A DNA stretch of 30,303 nucleotides. Origin: a virus (taxonomy: Duplodnaviria; Caudoviricetes). The notes beneath the pieces were generated by a model. That model did not search any database. It was not told where the DNA came from and saw only the letters and a program-made list of their open reading frames with translations. Shown here piece after piece: positions 24,218 through 30,303 of this stretch. Every line of letters begins with the position of its first letter. The first letter of the stretch is position 1. The DNA lies in IMG/VR virus record IMGVR_UViG_3300047090_000179, positions 1 through 30,303 of that record, one strand, 5' to 3'. Made by a program: the position numbers and the translations under genes.

Positions 24218-25243
24218 TTACCCGCTATAGATTACTCCAAATACATCTGCATTAAAACGAGCTGTTGTCCAAGGTTGCCCAAGTTCATTCACAGCGGTTG
24301 CAAAAAAAGCCACACTTGCTGCTCCACAGTTATACGAAAAACCCACGAGCGGAAATATCTTCTGACTCTGCAAAGCTGGTGGATCTGGACCAATAGTAAA
24401 GCGAAAACTAGTCCCGTCATCTGAAGCACACCAAGCAGAGAAGAAAAGATAAGGAATAGTACCCACCAGTGTAAGAGTCTGAAATACAAAAATACTCTTG
24501 TCTCCTATATTAGCATCTGTAATTGTAGAAACATCACTATCAGGAGGATGCTCATTTATAGAACCAAAACCTCCGCTCCACTGTTGCGGTGTGCTGTTAC
24601 TTGCAGGATAAAGCGGCAGCACATGTACGTCTCCATAGAAAATCCCTGGACTGCCATCGTTATTTATATATACATCATCAAACATAATCCCACCAAAAGG
24701 ACCTACAGCGGCATAACGATGTTGAAAAGCTCGGCTGTCGTTTCCTGGAAGAGAACCCACAGGGATCGTTGTATCTATAATAGCAGTAAGTGCAACTTCT
24801 TCATGTCCGTTTATGGTGAGTCTTCCTTTGAGATTAAGTTTATTAGGAACAACTCCGCCAGTTGAAAAGAAAAACTCTATGTAGTACCAAGTACCAGAAT
24901 GTAAAGCACGTGTGCTAGTCCCGATGGTTGTGCCGTCCCCACCCTGAATAGAAACTGTGCGGTCGGGGTTTATGTTAAGCCCACCTAAATTAAATCCAGC
25001 ATTTGAAAAAGCATAGAAAAAACTTCCTGGTGCCAACGCATCATCAAACTTCATTGCAAAACCAGTCCCCCACGCACCATTAGGCGTAAGTTCTACAACT
25101 ATTCCACCGTCAGCAGCGTGAAAACCTTGACCATTACGAGCACCGTTCTGAATGTGACCACCCGCATTATGAAGAAAAGACCACTTTCCGAGCTTTTGAG
25201 CATCAGCATAGGTGTCGAAACTGTCAGCAAATTGAAGACTCAT
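24218..25243 (-). CDS. Putative tail/receptor-binding protein, LamG/ConA-like beta-sandwich (paralogue 2)
   Basis: FADSFD, GTWYYIE, FDDVYI, INEHPPD. Confidence 0.7.
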   Translation of the reverse strand: MSLQFADSFDTYADAQKLGKWSFLHNAGGHIQNGARNGQGFHAADGGIVVELTPNGAWGTGFAMKFDDALAPGSFFYAFSNAGFNLGGLNINPDRTVSIQGGDGTTIGTSTRALHSGTWYYIEFFFSTGGVVPNKLNLKGRLTINGHEEVALTAIIDTTIPVGSLPGNDSRAFQHRYAAVGPFGGIMFDDVYINNDGSPGIFYGDVHVLPLYPASNSTPQQWSGGFGSINEHPPDSDVSTITDANIGDKSIFVFQTLTLVGTIPYLFFSAWCASDDGTSFRFTIGPDPPALQSQKIFPLVGFSYNCGAASVAFFATAVNELGQPWTTARFNADVFGVIYSG

Positions 25244-26286
25244 GTATTTACTTGAACGCCAAAAGTTTCAGCATTGAAATTAGCTACAGTCCAAGCACCA
25301 CCAACATCAAGATTTGTGTCGTATACTGTGCGATAGTAAAGATAGCTGTCATTGACATAAAAGGCGGCAGCCCCGTGTTGTCCTCCCCCAATTGTAGGAA
25401 AGAACGAGCGGTAGTTTTCATCGTCTTTACGAGCGTAAATAGAGTAGTGGACAAATGGGATGGTGCCAGTAAAAGAGCTTATCTGTTGCCAGTTAAACTC
25501 GTCTCGATGCCCGACAGTTGCATCTGCAATGTAGCTCGTATCATAGTCAGCAGGATTTTCATTTACCTTGTCAAAGTGTGTAGTTGGAGCACCTGGCACG
25601 ATAGTAGCAAACTGAACTGTTGCTGTGTCGGAAGCCGGGAAAATAACTCCTATTTTCACATCTCCTAAAAAGTCATTATTAATTCCGCCGGTGCCATCTA
25701 CAATATAGATGTCGTCGATAATGCTACCATTGAGAACTCCACTACTACTAAAATCATGCCGGTTTGCACGTTCGTTTCCGTTTGTAGTGTTAGCAGCGAC
25801 TATACCTGTATCTTTAGCAGAAGGGGATAAGACAGTAAGTCCGTTAAGTTTTACATTTGTAGTAACTACTATATTGCTGCCAACAAGAGACAGTTGATTC
25901 TTAACTTCTATGTAATACCAAGTCCCCGGATTTATAACCGCAGATGAAGACCCGTAAGTCACATTACCAGTACGTACCCCCAAAGTCCTGTCGGCGTGCA
26001 GATCAAGATTCATTATAGCAATATTATTAGCAAAAAGAGTATAAATTGCATTGCCCGGTGTATTAGAACTTGTCACATCAAAGAAAGCCCACCCAGCTAC
26101 CCACGTAACTTGATAATCAAGAGTTATGCTAACAGTAGAATTGACAACACCTTGCCCTAAGAGAAGCCCATTGTTGTGTCTTCCACTATTAGAGACAGTT
26201 ACGCTTGGACCCAAAACCTGTGTCCATTTCTTCTTAATATCGGCAGTAGCGTAGTGATCGCAAGAGTCAGCAAATCGTGCAGCCAT
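25240..26286 (-). CDS. Putative tail/receptor-binding protein, LamG/ConA-like beta-sandwich (paralogue 1)
   Basis: FADSCD, GTWYYIE, IDDIYI, VNENPAD. Confidence 0.7.
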   Translation of the reverse strand: MAARFADSCDHYATADIKKKWTQVLGPSVTVSNSGRHNNGLLLGQGVVNSTVSITLDYQVTWVAGWAFFDVTSSNTPGNAIYTLFANNIAIMNLDLHADRTLGVRTGNVTYGSSSAVINPGTWYYIEVKNQLSLVGSNIVVTTNVKLNGLTVLSPSAKDTGIVAANTTNGNERANRHDFSSSGVLNGSIIDDIYIVDGTGGINNDFLGDVKIGVIFPASDTATVQFATIVPGAPTTHFDKVNENPADYDTSYIADATVGHRDEFNWQQISSFTGTIPFVHYSIYARKDDENYRSFFPTIGGGQHGAAAFYVNDSYLYYRTVYDTNLDVGGAWTVANFNAETFGVQVNT

Positions 26287-26825
26287 TACATATCCCTCTG
26301 AACTACCAGACCTATCGAGATAATCGCCGCTCCGTTAACAGCGGAAACTGTGGGAAAGACAACTGTGTGCTGAAACAACTTAGGCACAGGGGCAATAAAT
26401 AGAGTGGAAAAAACAGGACCTTGCGCGCCTGAGGGGAGAGAAAGTGAAGTAGTAAGAAGATTAACCCCGCCAACAACAAACTGTATCGTAAGAGGACCAG
26501 TAGCCGGTGCAGTTTGTGCATAAAGCCAAAGCTCATGGGGAATACCTTCTCGACCTTTACCAACTACAAAACCGGGAAGTACCTGTCCAGCAATAAGAAC
26601 ATCTCTTGTCCATGTGATAGTGTGAAATTGTTCAGGCTGAGTAACTTCTGGTGTTGCTGTCGTAAGTTGTTCAAGAGTAACATAGTCTTTAGGAGAAGTT
26701 CCGTCTCCCGCATTTCGTATTCTCAAGCCGTGAAAATCCCAGTCTTTAGTGTCGATACGAGTTTTCCAATCAAGTAATTCTCTAAGAACGATCTGAACGT
26801 CAGACAAGCTACTTATTGTTCGCAC
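26286..26825 (-). CDS. Putative tail fibre adaptor
   Basis: RIRNAGDGTSPKDYVTLEQL resembles the trimeric neck/stalk motif of fibres and YadA-like adhesins; beta-sandwich C-terminus. Confidence 0.65.
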   Translation of the reverse strand: MRTISSLSDVQIVLRELLDWKTRIDTKDWDFHGLRIRNAGDGTSPKDYVTLEQLTTATPEVTQPEQFHTITWTRDVLIAGQVLPGFVVGKGREGIPHELWLYAQTAPATGPLTIQFVVGGVNLLTTSLSLPSGAQGPVFSTLFIAPVPKLFQHTVVFPTVSAVNGAAIISIGLVVQRDM

Positions 26826-27006
26826 ACGTACACCAAATTACAAAGTTCTCACACCGCTCACACACTAGTTTCTCTGGTTTTGATCCTTTCACAAACACCT
26901 TCGGTATTCCATACAATCCGTTTCGCTTGAGAGTCATAGCCTCTCTGCGGTTCTTATCGTATTTAGTTGGTTCGGGCTCAGCTCTACTTATTGAATCGTT
27001 TCCCAT
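26809..27006 (-). CDS. Small Cys-rich protein (start uncertain)
   Basis: CERC...WCTC; fills the gap in the tail operon; an alternative ATG (MTLKR) has an AGAGG RBS. Confidence 0.5.
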   Translation of the reverse strand: MGNDSISRAEPEPTKYDKNRREAMTLKRNGLYGIPKVFVKGSKPEKLVCERCENFVIWCTCANNK

Positions 27007-30000
27007 TTGCTGTCTGATTCCATTCCTGATAGTTGGACTTTCATTAAAACATTATATCTATGAAAAGAATCAGAACATGGTCCAAGTACAAGCCGGCAGA
27101 TGTCAGTGTTTACGTTCTTCGGAAAGAAGATTTCGTAAACCTCGTCCACTTGCGGTAAGACCGGGAAAGAGCTAGAGAAGAGGGGAGTAGCGTATGTAGG
27201 GTTAGAAGGAGAAGCATCACCAAAAATCTGGTAAGGCATACTTGTCGTCGTGCCGTTCATGATAAGACGAACACGGAAACCAAACAACTTACCTATTTTG
27301 TCAAATCTTATTGGTCCGAGTTGATCGTACTTTTTAGGCACTGGGAGAACTTCAACATCTTCCGGCTGTCCAAGTCCATAGAACTCAAAAGGTTGAAGTG
27401 AAGGGCTTTGGAGGATTCCGCCAAAATCCGTTCCGAAGACATCGTTGATAAAGTAATGGTATAGCGTTGTCTTTCCGCTAGAGATAAATGTGGTTGTATT
27501 AGATTGTAGTAATCCGTCCACAACTGGTGTAAAGGTGACAGCGGAACCATAAGTGTCGATGACCAAGGGAAGAGTACGTAGACGTTTGCGAGCAGCTACA
27601 CCAAAGTTGTTATTGGGAATACGAAAGTACTCCAAACGTGGAGGCAGAACTTCTACGTCTTGGGGAACGACAACTCCGTAGAACTCGAAAGGCGTAATGG
27701 GCGTATCACTTGATTGTAAAGTTCCTCCGATGTCAATTCCGATAACATCGTTATCTGACTGAGGAAAAAAGTATTCAACTGTCGTCTTTCGCGTCGTGTT
27801 AAAAATAGCGGAGGCATGTGATACGTTATCCAATAGTGGAGTAAATTGGACGTTCTTGCCTCGCGTAAGGATCTGGAATTTGTAGCTGGTGTGACGCTTT
27901 CGGTTTGGTGTTCCATAGTTATTAGCCGGTATGATAAGAAACTCAACAGGTGTAGGTAGCTTCTCGCTTACACACTCTTCTAGGTTAATCGAGTAGAACT
28001 CGAACACACCACCACTTAAAATACCACCAATATCTGTACATACGGCTTCGCTGGTGAAATAGAAGATATATGTTAACTTGGTTGCATTGTTGACAGTACC
28101 TGAACTTGTCCATATGATGTTATCCAAGAAAGGTTGAAAGTTAATATTGTTCCCTAGTGTATCTATAACAAAAGCAAAGGCCGTAACACGCTTCCTACTG
28201 ATTGTACCCAAGTTTGTAGGCAATATCCGCAGATAGTCAAGTTGTTCCGGCCTTGCCTCATACTCTATGGTATACTCATAGAGTCTGAACACAAAAAGAA
28301 GAGAAACGTCCACAATGCGAATAGCGTAGCGGAAACCAAGAGTTACGTTGTTGAGGGGAATATACGTTGTACTAAGGCCACTCGATGAGTATGTTTGTAA
28401 GAGTGTCCAATTACCGGAGTTGTCTTTATCCAAGTATATTGAACATGGCCTTCCCCCTGTATCGCTAATGAGCTTGAGGGTAAAAGTGTCTTTCCTATTT
28501 CTTGGCTGCCCATTGGCATCATATACCGTCTGAAAGAAGATTGGTTGTCCACTTAGTTGTGCTCCTGACTGGTCTTGAAAACCTGTTCCTTTGTCTAATT
28601 CAAAAATATCCCCAACAGCAATGTTAGGATTTACTGTATTATTGTAGCCAAGCAGTACCCTGTCAGTTTGCGTAACGTACACAACAAGGGGGTCTGTAAA
28701 CTGTAAGCGAAAAGTCTTATTAACAAGGTCGTACACGATAAGCTGACGTGTTCCATCTTGAAAAGGCAAAGTCATGTAGAGACGTGTTTTGCCCACACCA
28801 AGAGAGTAGCGGCCATTGTTATTAGAAATAACAGCGACAGGAGCAATGCCCGCTCGATTTTCTCCTTGGAAAAGTAATCGCAACTGCGGCGAAACCAACG
28901 TCGAATTAGAACCCGTGGTGACTCGTAACCCGTCAGCGGCCAAGTAAAATAAGCCACCGTTAACGATAGCACAGTCTGCTGATAGCGGTGGATATGCTTC
29001 TCCAATTGGAATAATGGATACATTAAGTGTACCATCCGGCAATGATGATAGGTCGCCACTAATCTCATATGTGTTCTTTGTAGTCCCCAGTACAAGTACT
29101 GTGTTCGTAACTTTCCTTATAAAAAGGTTCTTCTCAGTTGGGTCCCCACCCGCTTTTATCGTATACCGCTGGTCTATCGCATCTGGGTTAACGGAATCTG
29201 AGAAATAGATATTGCTCAAACCCATGTAAACCATTCGCTCGAAATGCAGACCCTCCATGAAGTAGATTGTGTCGCCGAGGTTTTGAATAGACTGCAAGAA
29301 CCTGTTAAGTTTAACGTTTGTAAGTAGAGCAGACACATCACTCGTGTTGTCTACAAAAGGAGTGCCTACCTGCACTTTACCTACTAAGTAGTAGTCATTT
29401 AGAAAGCTTTGTGGTATAGTCGGATCATTGGTAACGTTAGTTTGACGGAAGATCCAATTATGCGTTACCTGGGCATCTCCGCTCGGAGCAGGGGTAACAG
29501 TACAAAAGCCATTAATGACATTTATCGGCGGGGAAGCCGGGGACATCTCACTTTTGGCTACATAGACTCCGTTATCGTTGACATTGACTTGAATATAGGT
29601 ATACTGGCCGTTAAGAACTCCCTGTACGCCTCCTGTAAATTTAGCATTGCCGACAGTAGCTCCTGTATATGACAACGCCGAAAAGGAGTATCGTATAGCA
29701 GTAACATGTTTCCAGTCCAGAGTTGTGTCATTTCCTTGTCTCGTGAAATCGCCTCTCTGAGCGGAGAATATCGAAATTGCTCCTGCTCCATTTATAAACT
29801 GAGGGTTTGAGCCGGGGTCCCACTGAAAACTGTAGTAGTTAGAAATTGCAGTAAGCGGGCTATTATCTAAGATGATGTCAACTTTAATATCGGTTATCAA
29901 AGTACTATCGGCAGGCTGAAACATGAAGAAGAAAGTATCGTTGTCAGGACTTGCCGCCGGACCATTACCGATGTTGGTAGTATCTACACCCGCTAAACTT

Positions 30001-30303
30001 GCAATTACTACTTCTCGCAGAGTGCTTCTGTCTACATTACCTTGAAAAGCAGAACCCTGCGGGTTAGGAGTATCGCCTTCAACTTGTGTGAAAGCTCCGT
30101 CAAGATGTAATAGAGGTTGACTAACCGTACCTATTGTTGGGGCTGCTGGAGTTTTAAGACCAAGGGGCAGTATATTAGTTCCATCGTCCTTGAATCTCTG
30201 AGTACCAGCGCACACAAGTACTTGACCGAGACAATCTCCGAAAATCGCACGATCACTTCCTGAGCACACAGTAACGGAATCAGAAAAGGTCCCATTACGC
30301 GAG
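26988..30303 (-). CDS. Large tail tubular/nozzle-like protein (5' end outside the window, over 1100 aa)
   Basis: Frame is open to the window edge; LGLKTPAAP, YTY...SEMSPAS, IYFSD, propeller-like centre (GGLFYLAADGL), repeated C-terminal NxGxxxRK domains; upstream of ejection genes. Confidence 0.8.
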   Translation of the reverse strand, partial: SRNGTFSDSVTVCSGSDRAIFGDCLGQVLVCAGTQRFKDDGTNILPLGLKTPAAPTIGTVSQPLLHLDGAFTQVEGDTPNPQGSAFQGNVDRSTLREVVIASLAGVDTTNIGNGPAASPDNDTFFFMFQPADSTLITDIKVDIILDNSPLTAISNYYSFQWDPGSNPQFINGAGAISIFSAQRGDFTRQGNDTTLDWKHVTAIRYSFSALSYTGATVGNAKFTGGVQGVLNGQYTYIQVNVNDNGVYVAKSEMSPASPPINVINGFCTVTPAPSGDAQVTHNWIFRQTNVTNDPTIPQSFLNDYYLVGKVQVGTPFVDNTSDVSALLTNVKLNRFLQSIQNLGDTIYFMEGLHFERMVYMGLSNIYFSDSVNPDAIDQRYTIKAGGDPTEKNLFIRKVTNTVLVLGTTKNTYEISGDLSSLPDGTLNVSIIPIGEAYPPLSADCAIVNGGLFYLAADGLRVTTGSNSTLVSPQLRLLFQGENRAGIAPVAVISNNNGRYSLGVGKTRLYMTLPFQDGTRQLIVYDLVNKTFRLQFTDPLVVYVTQTDRVLLGYNNTVNPNIAVGDIFELDKGTGFQDQSGAQLSGQPIFFQTVYDANGQPRNRKDTFTLKLISDTGGRPCSIYLDKDNSGNWTLLQTYSSSGLSTTYIPLNNVTLGFRYAIRIVDVSLLFVFRLYEYTIEYEARPEQLDYLRILPTNLGTISRKRVTAFAFVIDTLGNNINFQPFLDNIIWTSSGTVNNATKLTYIFYFTSEAVCTDIGGILSGGVFEFYSINLEECVSEKLPTPVEFLIIPANNYGTPNRKRHTSYKFQILTRGKNVQFTPLLDNVSHASAIFNTTRKTTVEYFFPQSDNDVIGIDIGGTLQSSDTPITPFEFYGVVVPQDVEVLPPRLEYFRIPNNNFGVAARKRLRTLPLVIDTYGSAVTFTPVVDGLLQSNTTTFISSGKTTLYHYFINDVFGTDFGGILQSPSLQPFEFYGLGQPEDVEVLPVPKKYDQLGPIRFDKIGKLFGFRVRLIMNGTTTSMPYQIFGDASPSNPTYATPLFSSSFPVLPQVDEVYEIFFPKNVNTDICRLVLGPCSDSFHRYNVLMKVQLSGMESDSKWETIQ

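Noticed and set aside
24218-26286. Diversity-generating retroelement TR/VR pair
   Set aside because: Similarity is at protein level only; no near-identical nucleotide repeat with adenine-specific mismatches and no reverse transcriptase
20396-29791. Plus-strand and alternate-frame ORFs across the tail region
   Set aside because: Antisense or frame shadows of the contiguous minus-strand virion genes
1-30303. Stop-codon reassignment
   Set aside because: Long genes are intact in the standard code and TAA, TAG and TGA all end genes at tight junctions
1-30303. Integrase, repressor, lysis genes, purZ or deazaguanine genes
   Set aside because: No supporting motifs seen in this window; lifestyle and DNA modification cannot be called

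Overview
The window is about 30 kb of a tailed dsDNA bacteriophage with a podovirus-like gene set. The morphogenesis operon runs on the minus strand and is split by the window edges. At the left are a TerS-like gene, about 10 small genes and the large terminase (TerL, <1..1363), which is absent from the ORF track because it runs off the edge. At the right are a giant tail nozzle-like protein, tail and lectin-like proteins and three ejection/pilot proteins. Portal, capsid and lysis genes are not in the window. A control region (about 4.9-6.6 kb) holds a long palindrome, RNA-like stem-loops, sigma70-type promoters and a symmetric 228-bp origin-like element. The plus-strand replication arm encodes two HTH proteins, an SNF2 helicase, a Cas4-like PD-(D/E)XK nuclease, a Sak4-like ATPase, an SSB-like protein, a family A DNA polymerase with a degenerate UDG domain, a dATP/dGTP diphosphohydrolase-like protein, a DUF3987-like helicase and DUF4031. 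The best candidate for an undescribed system is the replisome: no recognisable primase, a PolA with a strongly rewritten motif B (KTARHAFERN), a stand-alone helicase and a two-fold symmetric origin. A five-way-junction RNA candidate follows the SSB gene. All family assignments come from motif recognition by eye; no database searches were run.
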